A stretch of 44,223 bases of DNA from Pseudomonadota bacterium (GCA_027320085.1 DAHVLZ010000032.1:1-44223); one strand, 5' to 3'. Positions 20,062 to 30,634 are shown, numbered from the stretch's first letter. Translations and numbers: made by a program. Notes: generated from the letters alone by a model not told the origin.

Positions 20062-20489
20062 GGGGACGGGGAGTTTCCCGGATTCTCGGGATTGTCGAGC
20101 TTTCAGGACGACAATCGGCCCCGGACAGGTGGCACTTCGGATCGAGGGGGTGGGCTTCCATGCGGTTATGAGTGACCTGGAGCAAATGCAAAGCTCATGT
20201 GGGGGAGACCGAGACTCTCCAGGAGCGCGAGGAGAGGGTGACCGTGTCCTTGTCGAGTGGGTGGGCAAAAACGGTGCCCCCCATCCGGGCGAGCCCTGAG
20301 GACGCACCCGTCTACTGACGGGATTCGCGGCCCGTGCTGACACGGGTTCCTGGCATCCAGGTTCCGGGACCCGCTCCTGCAACGACCCGGGCTATGGCTT
20401 CAATCCCTCCGTCTTCAAAGGAGTGCCAAAGGTTTCTGAACTGAGGGATCCAAGGACGCACCCAAGCATGGCCTGTCCAAGAAGAACGA

Positions 20490-20520
20490 TCTTGCATTAT
20501 TTATTTTGCAAGAATACAAT
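20490..20520 (+). promoter_or_regulatory. Sigma70 promoter with overlapping palindromic operator for the HNH-GIY-XRE/ImmA-PIN operon
   Basis: TTGCAT(20492)-N17-TACAAT(20515); TCTTGCA-N10-TGCAAGA at 20490-20513. Confidence 0.75.
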
Positions 20521-20552
20521 GCTTGTGACTTGGATGACGTCGGGAGCTTCGC

Positions 20553-20849
20553 ATGAACTGGACCGACGAGCAGCAGGCTGCCATCTGGGCGAAGGCGAGC
20601 CCCGTCCCGAACTACGATCCGGACGCGTGGCGCAAGGACGCCTGCGGCGCTTGGATGGGCTGGTGGTTTTACGGAAACCGCAACTCACCATACGGATGGG
20701 AGGTGGACCACATCACACCTGTCGAGCATGGCGGTTCGGACGCGATTTCGAACCTTCGTCCCCTGCACTGGAAGAACAACGCCAGCAAGCAGGACGGGCG
20801 GTTGACTTGCCCCGTCCGTGCGAATAGCACCAGCAACAGCGGTATCTGA
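20553..20849 (+). CDS. Small HNH endonuclease
   Basis: RKDACGAW, GWEVDHI.P..HGGSD...NLRPLHW.NN..K. Confidence 0.88.
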   Translation: MNWTDEQQAAIWAKASPVPNYDPDAWRKDACGAWMGWWFYGNRNSPYGWEVDHITPVEHGGSDAISNLRPLHWKNNASKQDGRLTCPVRANSTSNSGI

Positions 20850-20867
20850 TTTCGAGGAGCAACTGAC

Positions 20868-21155
20868 ATGGCAAGAAGGACTGTTTCCTTCAACAAGACC
20901 GGCATCGGCAAGTTGCCGAACGACAAGCCGGTCAAATACACCATCGAGACCGGCGGCGGTAAGCCGAACTACGTCGGTGTTGCCCAGCGCGGGCGTGTAC
21001 AGGAGCGGCTCGTCGAGCATTTGCCGGGGAGCAAGGATTACGTTCCAGGCATGAAGGTGCGGATCGAGCAGATGAAAAGCATCGAAGATGCCAAGCAGGG
21101 CGAGGTGCGCTCAATCGCGCGCACCCAACCCAAGTACAACAAGCGGGGGAAGTGA
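20868..21155 (+). CDS. Stand-alone GIY-YIG nuclease-like protein
   Basis: VKY...NYVG.A...RL.EH...E......PKYN; GAGGAG RBS. Confidence 0.75.
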   Translation: MARRTVSFNKTGIGKLPNDKPVKYTIETGGGKPNYVGVAQRGRVQERLVEHLPGSKDYVPGMKVRIEQMKSIEDAKQGEVRSIARTQPKYNKRGK

Positions 21156-21162
21156 GGAACCT

Positions 21163-22278
21163 GTGAGCGACATCATCGTCCGCCGTCTGAAATACGCCCG
21201 CGAAGACAAGGGCTGGACCCAGGCCCAACTCGCGAAAAAGCTCGGCTTCAAGGATCGCCAGACACTCTCCGCCATCGAAGCGGGTCAGCGCAAGCTGACG
21301 GCCGCCGAACTGGTGCGTGCGCTCGATATCTTCAGGGTGGATCTGGATTTTTTTACCGATTCTCTGCGGTTGGTCGGCGAGGGCAGCTTCAACTGGCGCG
21401 CGAGTCGGGAGGCCAGCGCCAGCGTACTGGACCAGTTCGAGGATCGCGCCGGGCGCTGGATCGCGCTCTATCGCAAGCTGGGTGAAAAAACCGGCAAGCC
21501 TGCCAGCCCCCTGCAGAAACGGCTGGTGCTGTCGGAACAAAGCAGTTTCGAAGACGCTTGGGTTGCCGCCGAAATGCTCGCGAAGGAATGGGACCTCGGG
21601 ACAATCCCGGCGTTGAAACTTGAATCCGCGATTCACTCGCATCTCGGCGCACTGGTGCTTTACGTGGATGCACCCGTCGGCATTTCCGGCGCGGCCTGCC
21701 AATTGCCAGGGCTCAACACCATCCTGATCAATCGCAACGAAGGGGAAGGCCGTCGAAACTTCGACCTGGCGCATGAGTGCTTCCATGTGCTCACGTGGGA
21801 ACAGATGAGGCCGGAGCACCGGGAGAGCGTGAACGGGGATTACTCCGGCAAGGGCCGGCACAAGCGCATCGAACAACTCGCCGACAACTTCGCCGGGGCT
21901 TTGCTGATGCCGAAACGAACGCTCACGGCGCGCTTTCAAAGCCGCGAAGGAGAGGACCTGCATCGCTGGCTCAACAAAACCGCCACGGAATTGTGCGTGT
22001 CGGCGCAAGCCCTGAAGTGGCGACTGTTCTATCTCGGCCTGCTGTCCAAGGCCGATCTTGTAGATACCGACGACCAGAAGCTCACGGCCAACGGCCGTCC
22101 CATGCAGAAGCAGCTGAAACCGCGCCTGTTCAGCGCCGAGTTTGCGCAACGGCTGCACGCTGCACTGCTGGCGGGTGACTTGTCGGTACGCCGCGCGGGC
22201 TCGCTGTTTGGAATGACGTTTGAGGATCTGGCAGAATTTTTCGGGAGTTACGAACTGCCCGCCCCCTTTGACTTGTGA
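21163..22278 (+). CDS. XRE-family HTH fused to ImmA/IrrE (M78) metallopeptidase
   Basis: N-terminal TQAQLA...LSAIEAG; RRNFDLAHECFH (HExxH); EQLADNFAGALLMP. Confidence 0.92.
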   Translation: MSDIIVRRLKYAREDKGWTQAQLAKKLGFKDRQTLSAIEAGQRKLTAAELVRALDIFRVDLDFFTDSLRLVGEGSFNWRASREASASVLDQFEDRAGRWIALYRKLGEKTGKPASPLQKRLVLSEQSSFEDAWVAAEMLAKEWDLGTIPALKLESAIHSHLGALVLYVDAPVGISGAACQLPGLNTILINRNEGEGRRNFDLAHECFHVLTWEQMRPEHRESVNGDYSGKGRHKRIEQLADNFAGALLMPKRTLTARFQSREGEDLHRWLNKTATELCVSAQALKWRLFYLGLLSKADLVDTDDQKLTANGRPMQKQLKPRLFSAEFAQRLHAALLAGDLSVRRAGSLFGMTFEDLAEFFGSYELPAPFDL

Positions 22279-22294
22279 GCAAGGGCCAGCAGCC

Positions 22295-22792
22295 ATGGAA
22301 CGCGGACAGGTTGTACTCGTGGACACCAACATCATGATTGAGGCTGTCCGTACGCACTGCTGGAACGCGATCGCCAACCACTTCGCCGTGGAAACAGTCG
22401 AGAAGTGCAGGGAGGAAGCACGCACGGGCGGCCCGATGCGCCGAAATTACGTACCGATGGAATTGTCGGACCTGGAGTGCGTGAGAGTGGTTCACGTCGT
22501 TACCGAATCCGAGCGCGCGAACCTGGCACTGAACCTGCAGACGGCGGATGCGCTCGACGCCGGCGAACGGGATCTTTTCGCGCATGCGCTGGTCCGCAAC
22601 GATGCGTGGATCGCCAGTTGTGCCGACCGCGCTGCACTCAAGGGAGCTTTCGCGCTTGGTTGGAAGGACAGGATGGTTTCGCTCGAATCGCTCGCGCGAA
22701 CTGCGGGGATCAAGCCCCATCTCAAGGATCATTTTCTGGAACGCTGGCTGTCGAAAGAGCGGACAGCGTTCCTGCTAGAGCAGGGATTGTGA
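22295..22792 (+). CDS. PIN-domain protein
   Basis: VLVDTN..IE, C.EE, LDAGERDL and CADRAA acidic tetrad pattern. Confidence 0.75.
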   Translation: MERGQVVLVDTNIMIEAVRTHCWNAIANHFAVETVEKCREEARTGGPMRRNYVPMELSDLECVRVVHVVTESERANLALNLQTADALDAGERDLFAHALVRNDAWIASCADRAALKGAFALGWKDRMVSLESLARTAGIKPHLKDHFLERWLSKERTAFLLEQGL

Positions 22793-22964
22793 TGGATTGT
22801 TTCACCGTCATCGAAGCATGCAGCACCTGATCGCGCAGTAGCGCAGCTTCATCAAGAGCCCCTACCGGTTCGCCGATCCAAAGTTGCGCCAGCCGTTCGA
22901 ACGACACGTCGACCTGCCGGCCTGAACGTGGAGCTTCAGGCTCTCACGCGGGTGGTGATTCACT

Positions 22965-23783
22965 TCATTCCTGAACCGCCCGACCGTGACGCCCATCCGG
23001 CGGTCGTCGGGTCGCGAGCGCGAGGGACTGGAGATGGGACTCAAGTTGCGCCGGGTCCCGGGACTTCTCGATCAGGCTGGATCCCACGATCACGCCAGAG
23101 GCCCCCTGGGCCAGGGCCGCACGCACGTCCTCGGGTGAGGAGATGCCGAACCCGACGAGTCCGGGCGGTGCACCGAGGGCCCGCAGCTTTTCAAAAAGGC
23201 GGGCCTGGGGCCGGCCGGCCTGCTGTTCCGTTCCGGTGACCCCGCTCCGGCTCACGACGTAGATATAGCCGGAGGCGAGTTTTGCGATCCGTGCCAGGGC
23301 CGCCTCCGGCGCGTTGGGAGGGGCGATCAGGATCGGTGCAATGCCCTGGCGCCGGGCCGCGTCCACAAAGGGTTGGGCTTCCTCCGACGGGACATCCGGG
23401 ATGAGGACCGAATCCGCCCCGGCAGCGTGGACCCGTTCGTAGAAGGGATCCAGTCCCGGCTGGTAGACCAGGTTGGCGTAGACCAAAAGTCCGATCGGGA
23501 GCTCCGGATGGCGGGTGCGGAGCTGGCACACGAGGGCAAGTCCCGAATCGAGCCGGGCCCCGGCGGTGAGTGCCTGGTGGCTGGCCGTCTGGATCACCGG
23601 ACCGTCGGCGATGGGATCGGAAAAAGGCAGGCCCAGCTCCAGGGCATCGGCATGGGGAAGGAGCGCCTCGATCCATTCGAGCGAGCGTTCCGGAGTCGGA
23701 TAGCCCAGGATGGCAAAGGGCACGAGTGCCCCGCGGTGCTCGCGGCCCAGGCGCTCGAAGAGGGCGGAATAGCGGTCCATCAC
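22965..23783 (-). CDS. trpA: Tryptophan synthase alpha chain
   Basis: [25 protein letters not shown] and GFGIS. Confidence 0.97.
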   Translation of the reverse strand: MMDRYSALFERLGREHRGALVPFAILGYPTPERSLEWIEALLPHADALELGLPFSDPIADGPVIQTASHQALTAGARLDSGLALVCQLRTRHPELPIGLLVYANLVYQPGLDPFYERVHAAGADSVLIPDVPSEEAQPFVDAARRQGIAPILIAPPNAPEAALARIAKLASGYIYVVSRSGVTGTEQQAGRPQARLFEKLRALGAPPGLVGFGISSPEDVRAALAQGASGVIVGSSLIEKSRDPAQLESHLQSLALATRRPPDGRHGRAVQE

Positions 23784-24985
23784 GAAATCTCCTCGATCAA
23801 GGACTGCACATGGGCGAGATCCTTGTCTCCCCGACCCGAGAGGTTGACCAGGAGGCGGGCAGGCTTGGGCCCCAGACGGGCGAGCCTTTCGCAGTAGGCC
23901 AAGGCGTGGGCCGACTCGAGGGCGGGAATGATCCCCTCGTCGCGCGCGAGCCGGCGGAACGCGGCCACGGCCTCCCCGTCGGTCGCCGATTCATAGCGGA
24001 CACGCCCGGTCTCGTGGAGATGAACGTGCTCGGGCCCCACGCCCGGATAATCGAGACCGGCCGAGACGCTGTGCGACTCCAGGATCTGGCCTTCCCGATC
24101 GGTCAGGATCCGGGTTTCGGCTCCATGGAGGATGCCCGCCTGTCCACGACTGAGGGTGGCGCCATGCCGGCCGCTCTCGAGCCCCTCTCCGCCGGCCTCG
24201 ACGCCGACAAGGGCGACCTCGCGATCGGCGAGAAAGGCCCGGAAGATCCCGAGGGCGTTCGAACCGCCGCCGATGCAGGCCACGACCTCATCCGGAAGGG
24301 CGCCCCCGGTCTGTTCGAGAAACTGGGCACGGGCCTCATCCCCGATGATGCGCTGGAACTCGCCCACGAGCGTCGGGAACGGGTGCGGACCGGCGACCGT
24401 TCCCACGAGATAGTGGGTCGTCTCGTAGCTCGCGGCCCAGTCCCTGAGGGCCTCGTTCATGGCGTCCTTGAGGGTGGCGCTGCCCGCGGTGACGGCGATC
24501 ACCTCGGCACCGAAAAGTTTCATGCGGAAGACATTGGGGGCCTGGCGGGCGCAGTCGGTCGCCCCCATGTAGATGCGGACCGGAATCCGGAACAGGGCGC
24601 CGGCCAGGGCGACCGCGACGCCATGCTGACCGGCACCGGTCTCGGCGATGACCCGGGTCTTGCCCATGCGGCGGGCCAGGAGCATCTGGGCCAGGACCTG
24701 GTTGGTCTTGTGGGCGCCCCCGTGCAGGAGATCCTCGCGCTTGAGATAGATTTCGAGTCCCGAGCCGGCCAGGAAGTTGCGGCAGCGGGTGAGCGGAGTC
24801 GGCCGGCCGGCAAAATTCGAGAGAAGGTCCCTGAGTTCGGCCTGGAAGGCGGGATCGGTACGGGCCCCCTCGAAGGCCCCTTCAAGCTCGTCGAGGGCCG
24901 GAACCAGGATTTCCGGGACATAACGCCCGCCCCAGCGGCCGAAACGGCCGGGACGGGGAGCGGGTGGCGGGGTCGCCCGGGTCAT
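23780..24985 (-). CDS. trpB: Tryptophan synthase beta chain
   Basis: [21 protein letters not shown] and [11 protein letters not shown]. Confidence 0.98.
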   Translation of the reverse strand: MTRATPPPAPRPGRFGRWGGRYVPEILVPALDELEGAFEGARTDPAFQAELRDLLSNFAGRPTPLTRCRNFLAGSGLEIYLKREDLLHGGAHKTNQVLAQMLLARRMGKTRVIAETGAGQHGVAVALAGALFRIPVRIYMGATDCARQAPNVFRMKLFGAEVIAVTAGSATLKDAMNEALRDWAASYETTHYLVGTVAGPHPFPTLVGEFQRIIGDEARAQFLEQTGGALPDEVVACIGGGSNALGIFRAFLADREVALVGVEAGGEGLESGRHGATLSRGQAGILHGAETRILTDREGQILESHSVSAGLDYPGVGPEHVHLHETGRVRYESATDGEAVAAFRRLARDEGIIPALESAHALAYCERLARLGPKPARLLVNLSGRGDKDLAHVQSLIEEIS

Positions 24986-26370
24986 GAGAGATTCCGGTTG
25001 CGGTGGGGGAGGAGCCTTAACTGATCGAAGAGCCGGGTCAGGCGCTCCCGATCCTTCCGTCCGGGCGATTCCTCGACTGCGGAGTTGACGTCGATGAGCC
25101 AGGGATCCAGTCGACGCGCGGTCTCGATGACATCCGGTCCGATGCCGCCTGCGATCACGGCCTGGGAGAGATCCGGCCAGAGGCGGGCACGCGCCGGATC
25201 AAAGGGGATCCCGGTGCCACCCATGCGGCTGCCGCATGCGCTGTCCAGGACCAGCCGGTCCGCGCCGACGGTCTCCGCCCGGACGGGGGGGGCATCCCAC
25301 GGCACGGCCTTCCAGACGGCCACGTGGGCCGGGAGCTTTTCCCTGAGGCGATCGAGTACGGCCCGGGGCTCGTTCCCGTGCAACTGGAGGGCGGAAAGTC
25401 CCAGCGTGTGGGCCCGATCGGCCATGGCCTGGGGTTCGGCGTCCTGGAAGACGCCAACCCAGGCGAGCGGGACGGCCTGGACGAGCGCCTGGGCCTGTCC
25501 GGGTGTGACGGCACGGGGGGAGCCGGCCACGAAGTTGAGTCCGCCATGGGTCGCACCGAGTTCCCAGGCGAGACGGGCATCTTCGATGCGGGTGAGCCCG
25601 CACACCTTGATCTGCCCGAGCCGGAGCCCGCGGGCTGCGAGATCGATCCGTGGCGAGCGCATGAGGGCACTTCCCACGAGGAAGCCGTCGACCGAGGGCC
25701 CAAGGTCGCGGATGTGCGCGTGGGTCTCGATCCCGGATTCGGCGATGACCGGAAGTCCTTCGGGAACGAGGGGCGCGAGACGCCGGGTGGTGTCGCGGTC
25801 GATCTCGAGCGTCCGGAGGTTGCGGTTGTTGATGCCGAGGAGATCGCATCCGAGATTGAGCGCCCGCTCGAGTTCCCGTTCATCGTGCACTTCCGTGAGC
25901 GCGTCGAGCCCGAGCTCGCGGGCGAGGGCGAGACAGTCGGTGTAGGCCGGATCGTCGAGGACCGACAGCATGAGCAGCACGGCATCGGCCCCGAGATGGC
26001 GGGCCTCGAGCACTTCGTAGGGATCGACCAGGATGTCCTTGCGCAGGAGCGGGAGGGTCGTCCGGGTCCGCCAGAAGGCGAGATCCCCGAGGCTGCCCTT
26101 GAAGAAACGCGCTTCCGTGAGGACGGAAACCGCATCGGCCCATTCATTGTAGATTCCGGCAATGGCTTCGAGGTCGGCCTCGGGACGGAGCAGGCCGGCC
26201 GAGGGCGAGGCGCGTTTGCACTCGAAGATGAAGAGGGGTCTCGTCCCCCCCAGACGCTCGCGGAGGGCGTGGCGGCCGGGGACCAGCGACCGCCGGAGCG
26301 CGGCTTCGGGAACGAGCCTTTTGCGGCCGGCGACGACCTCGCGCTTGTGGGCGATGATCGCATCAAGCAC
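24982..26370 (-). CDS. trpCF: Bifunctional IGP synthase/PRA isomerase
   Basis: [23 protein letters not shown], then KVCGLT, LQLHG and GGTG; GTG start at 26370. Confidence 0.93.
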   Translation of the reverse strand: MLDAIIAHKREVVAGRKRLVPEAALRRSLVPGRHALRERLGGTRPLFIFECKRASPSAGLLRPEADLEAIAGIYNEWADAVSVLTEARFFKGSLGDLAFWRTRTTLPLLRKDILVDPYEVLEARHLGADAVLLMLSVLDDPAYTDCLALARELGLDALTEVHDERELERALNLGCDLLGINNRNLRTLEIDRDTTRRLAPLVPEGLPVIAESGIETHAHIRDLGPSVDGFLVGSALMRSPRIDLAARGLRLGQIKVCGLTRIEDARLAWELGATHGGLNFVAGSPRAVTPGQAQALVQAVPLAWVGVFQDAEPQAMADRAHTLGLSALQLHGNEPRAVLDRLREKLPAHVAVWKAVPWDAPPVRAETVGADRLVLDSACGSRMGGTGIPFDPARARLWPDLSQAVIAGGIGPDVIETARRLDPWLIDVNSAVEESPGRKDRERLTRLFDQLRLLPHRNRNLS

Positions 26371-27379
26371 GAGCTGCGACCTCCTGGAGCCGGGACAGGA
26401 CTTTCCGGGCCCCTCCCGCCTCGAGTGTCGCGTGGGCTTGGTCGATCCCCTCGGCGAGGGTCTCCGAGCGTCCGGCGATCCAGAGGAGCGCGCCCGTATT
26501 GAGGGCGACCGACCAGGCATAGGCGGGTTTTGCACGGCCGTCCAGGAGATCGGCGAGCGCACGGGTGTTGGCCGCCGCATCCCCTCCCTCGAGGGCTTCG
26601 AGCGGGTAGGTGGGAATGCCGAGCGAGGCCGGTTCGAGGATCCGGTTCTCGATCACGCCATCGCGCAGGATGGAAAGACGGGTCGGCCCGTGGAGTGCCA
26701 TCTCATCGATGCCCGAGCCATGAAGCACGATGGCCCGGCTCCGGCCGAGCTCGCCCAGGGCCTGGGCCACGGATTCCGTGCAGTCCGGATCGTAGACGCC
26801 GACCAGCTGGATGGGCGGCCGGGCCGGGTTGAGCAGCGGGCCCAGGAGGTTGAAAACGGTCCGGATGCCGAGTGCCTGGCGGACGGGCATGGCGTGGCGC
26901 AGCCCCGGGTGGTAGTCGGGGGCAAAGAGAAAACAGAGCCCGGCCTCGTCCAGGCAGGCACGGGCCCGGTCCGGCGTGAGGGAGAGCGGGATGCCCAACT
27001 GCTCGAACACGTCGGCGGAACCGGAGCGTGAGGAAACCGAGCGGTTGCCGTGCTTCGCGATCGGGAGCCCGCAGGCTGCCGCAAGAAAGGCGACCCCGGT
27101 CGAAATGTTGAGGGTTCCCCGCCGGTCGCCTCCGGTCCCGCAACTGTCGGCAAAGGGATAGTGCGGGGTGGGGAAGGCTTGCGCGACCCCGATCAGGCTC
27201 CGGGCAAAGGCGGCCATCTCGCGCCCGGTCTCCCGTTTGGCCCGGAGGGCCACGACGAGACCGGCCAGTTCCGTGGCCTCCAGCCGGCCCGCGACCAGGG
27301 ATTGGCAGAGGGCGGAAATCTCCTCCTCCGGAAGTTCGCCTCCGGAAAGGAGCCATTCGAGCCGGGCACCGGGTTCCAT
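26363..27379 (-). CDS. trpD: Anthranilate phosphoribosyltransferase
   Basis: DSCGTGGD, NISTG and KHGNRSVSS.SGSAD. Confidence 0.96.
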   Translation of the reverse strand: MEPGARLEWLLSGGELPEEEISALCQSLVAGRLEATELAGLVVALRAKRETGREMAAFARSLIGVAQAFPTPHYPFADSCGTGGDRRGTLNISTGVAFLAAACGLPIAKHGNRSVSSRSGSADVFEQLGIPLSLTPDRARACLDEAGLCFLFAPDYHPGLRHAMPVRQALGIRTVFNLLGPLLNPARPPIQLVGVYDPDCTESVAQALGELGRSRAIVLHGSGIDEMALHGPTRLSILRDGVIENRILEPASLGIPTYPLEALEGGDAAANTRALADLLDGRAKPAYAWSVALNTGALLWIAGRSETLAEGIDQAHATLEAGGARKVLSRLQEVAARA

Positions 27380-27385
27380 CGGGGC

Positions 27386-27994
27386 TCAGGCGGGGTGGCC
27401 CAGCGCCCAGTCGATGATGCGGACCACGAGGGTATGGCCGAGCGGGGTCAGGATGGACTCGGGGTGGAACTGCAGTCCCAGGACCGGATCCTTTTCGTGT
27501 TCCATGGCCATCGTCACCTCGTCCGATCCGTCGAGTGCCCAGGCGCTCCTCCGGAAATGGGGCGGCAGGCGGTCGACCACGAGCGAGTGGTAGCGGCCCA
27601 CCGTGAACGGAAGGGGGAGGTTCTGCCAGAGGCCCCTCCCGTCGTGGAAGACAGAAGCCGGTTTGCCGTGGACGAGGAGGGGGGCGGGACCGACCCCACC
27701 GCCCAGGGCCTGGGCGATGGCCTGGTGACCGAGGCAGATGCCCACGAGCGGGATCCTGCCGGCTTGTGACCGGGTGAGGTCGACGAGACAGCCGGCCTCC
27801 TCCGGTCGGCCGGGTCCCGGCGACAGGGCCACGAGCGTGGGCGGGTGTTGGGCCAGCCGGGCGGTCAGCGCCTCCAGGGGGGTGTCGTTTCTCCAGGTCT
27901 CGACCGTGGCACCCGCCGACTGGAATTCGTCGACCAGGTTATAGGTGAAGGAATCGAAGTTGTCGATGAAGAGGACATGGGGACGGGTCGTCAT
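27386..27994 (-). CDS. trpG: Anthranilate synthase component II
   Basis: IDNFDSFTYNL, SPGPG, GICLGHQ and QFHPES. Confidence 0.96.
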   Translation of the reverse strand: MTTRPHVLFIDNFDSFTYNLVDEFQSAGATVETWRNDTPLEALTARLAQHPPTLVALSPGPGRPEEAGCLVDLTRSQAGRIPLVGICLGHQAIAQALGGGVGPAPLLVHGKPASVFHDGRGLWQNLPLPFTVGRYHSLVVDRLPPHFRRSAWALDGSDEVTMAMEHEKDPVLGLQFHPESILTPLGHTLVVRIIDWALGHPA

Positions 27995-29586
27995 GGCGCA
28001 GGATCTCCGAGGGTGCGCTCGATGGCCTCGAGAACCGCCTCCGCCTTGCGCCGGGTCTCGTCACTTTCCTGGACCGGATCCGAGTCCGCGACCACGCCGC
28101 ATCCGGCCTGGACCCAGGCCTCTCCGTTGGCCACCCAGGCGGAACGGATCACGATCGCGGTATCGAGATTGCCGCGAAGGTCGAGGTAGCCCACGGCACC
28201 GCCATAGGGTCCCCGGCGGTGAGGTTCCCGGCCGCGCAACAACTGCATGGCGCGGATCTTGGGCGCACCGGTCAAGGTACCCATGTTGAGGCAGGCCTGG
28301 TAGGCGTGGAGGGCATCGAGATCCCGGGCCAGGGTGCCCTGGACCCGGGAGACCAGATGCATGACGTGGGAATAGCGTTCCACCGTCATGAGCTCGGTCA
28401 CGCTCCGGCTCCCCGGTTCCGCAACCCGGGCCACATCGTTGCGGGCCAGGTCGATCAGCATGGCATGCTCGGCCAGTTCCTTGGCACTCAGACGGAGTTC
28501 GAGTTCAACCCGCGCGTCCCGCTCGACGTCCACGGTGCCGTCCGGATTGAGGGCCCGGGGACGGGTGCCGGCGATCGGGCGGATCTCGATCCGGGACTCG
28601 GCGGCACGGACCTTGAGCGCGCTCTCCGGGGAGGCGCCGAACAGGATCCCTTCCCCGTCTTCCAGGAAAAACATGTACGGACTCGGGTTGAGCTCTCTGA
28701 GCGCGGCGTAGGCACCGAGCGGATCCGGGCAGTCGGTCTCGAAGCGCCGCGAGGGGACGATCTGGAAGACCTCGCCTTGGGCGATCTCGCCCTTGAGGTC
28801 CTGGACAACCGAGGCGAAGGCCTCGTCGGGGATGGGGCTCCGGTACCGGCGGGCACCCTTGCGGGCCGCGGGGGTCCGCGGGGCCGGGTTCGGGGTGGAG
28901 CGGATCAGGCGTTCCAATTCGCTCAAGCGGCGGCGGGCGGCGAGTTCGAGATCCTGGGGCGGGTTGTCGCCCAGGATCACCGCCGTGATCGTGGTCGAGC
29001 TCTGGGCATGATTGATGAGAATCCGGGTTTCACACAGGTGGAACTCGTAATCGGCGAGCGGTCGTTCCGCCGGCTGGCGCTCCGGCAGGGGTTCGAAACG
29101 GTCCGCGAGGTCGTAGGCGAAGAGTCCATAGGCATGGATGCTTTCCAGGGTGCGCGGATCCGCCTGCCAGCTCCCGAGGAGCGCGCGCAAGGGGTCGAAG
29201 GGACCGGCGGCGCGCAGACGCGATGCCTCATCGAGCGAGGGGGGTTGGGGGGGCAGGGGAAAGCGGTACCCCCCCCCGGGCAGCGCATGGGCGTCCCGGG
29301 TCCACCCGGCCTCGTGCAGGGAGATCAGCCCAAAGGCGCCATTCGCGCTCAGGGGATGCCATTCGACCGCATCCTCGAGCAGTCGGCACCGGATGGCAGG
29401 GTCGACATAGAGGAGACTCTGGGCCTCCTGGGTCGAGGCGTGATCGGCCGTTTCGAAAAGCGCGCGGGGTTTGACGTCCGCGGTCGCCCGGAGACGGGCG
29501 AAGAGGGCCAGGGGATCGGGCAGGTGGTCGAGGCGGCGGGTCAGGGTGCGCAGGGAAGCTTTCACCGGTGGCGGCCGGGACGTCAT
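27991..29586 (-). CDS. trpE: Anthranilate synthase component I
   Basis: NPSPYMF, PIAGTRPR, EHAMLIDLARND and GAPKIRAMQ; ATG 29586 overlaps the upstream stop (ATGA). Confidence 0.95.
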   Translation of the reverse strand: MTSRPPPVKASLRTLTRRLDHLPDPLALFARLRATADVKPRALFETADHASTQEAQSLLYVDPAIRCRLLEDAVEWHPLSANGAFGLISLHEAGWTRDAHALPGGGYRFPLPPQPPSLDEASRLRAAGPFDPLRALLGSWQADPRTLESIHAYGLFAYDLADRFEPLPERQPAERPLADYEFHLCETRILINHAQSSTTITAVILGDNPPQDLELAARRRLSELERLIRSTPNPAPRTPAARKGARRYRSPIPDEAFASVVQDLKGEIAQGEVFQIVPSRRFETDCPDPLGAYAALRELNPSPYMFFLEDGEGILFGASPESALKVRAAESRIEIRPIAGTRPRALNPDGTVDVERDARVELELRLSAKELAEHAMLIDLARNDVARVAEPGSRSVTELMTVERYSHVMHLVSRVQGTLARDLDALHAYQACLNMGTLTGAPKIRAMQLLRGREPHRRGPYGGAVGYLDLRGNLDTAIVIRSAWVANGEAWVQAGCGVVADSDPVQESDETRRKAEAVLEAIERTLGDPAP

Positions 29587-30593
29587 GGCAGGGTCCGTCC
29601 GAACAGCTGGGCGAGCGGCCGGAGTTCCCGCATGAGGCGGGCGAAGCTTGGGGGATCCAGGGATTGGCGGCCATCCGACCAGGCCCGGGTCGGATCCGGG
29701 TGGACTTCCACGAGCAGTCCATCGGCCCCCGCGGCCAGGGCCGCCTTGCTGAGCGGGGGAACCAGTTCGGACAGCCCGGTGCCATGCGAGGGATCGACCA
29801 GGACCGGCAGGTGTGTTTTCATCTTGAGCCAGGCCACAGCGTTGAGGTCGAGGGTATTGCGGGTGGCGGTCTCGAAGGTCCGGATCCCGCGTTCGCAGAG
29901 GATGACCGCCTCGTTGCCGGCATCGACGATGTACTCGGCTGCGAGCAGGAGTTCCTCGAGGGTGGCGGCGAGCCCGCGTTTCAGGATGACCGGCAGCTTC
30001 TGGGAACCCACGGCCTTGAGGAGCGAGAAGTTCTGCATGTTGCGGGCCCCCACCTGGAGCACCTGGACCGATTCCGCCATGGCCGGGAGATCCTCGGCAT
30101 CCATGATCTCGGTCACGATCGGCAGGTGGTGGGGGGAGGCCGCCTCGCGCAGGAGCTGCAGTCCGCTCCTCCCATGTCCCTGGAAGCTGTACGGGCTCGT
30201 TCTGGGCTTGAAGGCGCCCCCCCGGAGTCCATGGGCCCCGGCCGCGCGGACGGAGGCGGCGATGGACTGCATCTGCTCCGGCGTCTCGACGGCGCAGGGT
30301 CCCGCGATGACGATGAACGAGTCCCCGCCGACCGAGACGTCCCCGAGCGGGACGAGGGTGTCGTGGGGGTGCAGCGCGCGGGCCACCCGCTTGTAGGGCG
30401 CGGCATCCCGGATGCATTCTTCGACGTAGGGATGGGTGGCAAAGCGTTCGGTGATCTCCGGGGGGCCGATGAGGGCGAAGGCGCGCCGGTTGAGCCCCGG
30501 CAACGGAACCACCTCGAGTCGGGCGGCCCGGAGTTCCTCCACGAATCGATTCTGGACATCGGGTTCGAGGCCGGGTTTGAGGATGAGATACAT
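29583..30593 (-). CDS. aroF: 3-deoxy-7-phosphoheptulonate (DAHP) synthase, class I-beta with N-terminal regulatory domain
   Basis: IAGPCAVE, GGAFKPRTSPYSFQG, QVGARNMQN, CERGIRTFE and DPSHGTG; AGGAG RBS before ATG 30593. Confidence 0.93.
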   Translation of the reverse strand: MYLILKPGLEPDVQNRFVEELRAARLEVVPLPGLNRRAFALIGPPEITERFATHPYVEECIRDAAPYKRVARALHPHDTLVPLGDVSVGGDSFIVIAGPCAVETPEQMQSIAASVRAAGAHGLRGGAFKPRTSPYSFQGHGRSGLQLLREAASPHHLPIVTEIMDAEDLPAMAESVQVLQVGARNMQNFSLLKAVGSQKLPVILKRGLAATLEELLLAAEYIVDAGNEAVILCERGIRTFETATRNTLDLNAVAWLKMKTHLPVLVDPSHGTGLSELVPPLSKAALAAGADGLLVEVHPDPTRAWSDGRQSLDPPSFARLMRELRPLAQLFGRTLP

Positions 30594-30605
30594 GCCATGC
30601 TCCTG

Positions 30606-30634
30606 AAAACGAACGGCCCGCATTGCGGGCCGTC
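30606..30634 (-). terminator. Attenuator terminator of the trp operon
   Basis: gacggcccgc-aat-gcgggccgtt then cgtttt, between the leader peptide and the aroF RBS. Confidence 0.75.

Noticed and set aside
22789-22930. Fifth gene of the HNH-GIY-XRE-PIN operon
   Set aside because: Only a 13-codon plus-strand frame follows the PIN gene; the minus-strand 61-aa ORF overlaps it and has no recognisable motif
26371-26580. N-terminal extension of TrpCF
   Set aside because: It lies inside trpD; GTG 26370 (VLDAII..K) is the natural start
28219-30396. 725-aa plus-strand ORF, and similar long ORFs at 9916-11196, 11356-12912, 20932-22425, 23570-25024 and 25324-26502
   Set aside because: Antisense shadows of well-supported genes in high-GC DNA, with no recognisable motifs
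29587-30417. N-terminal extension making TrpE 808 aa
   Set aside because: It overlaps aroF in another frame; the ATGA-coupled start at 29586 gives a normal TrpE
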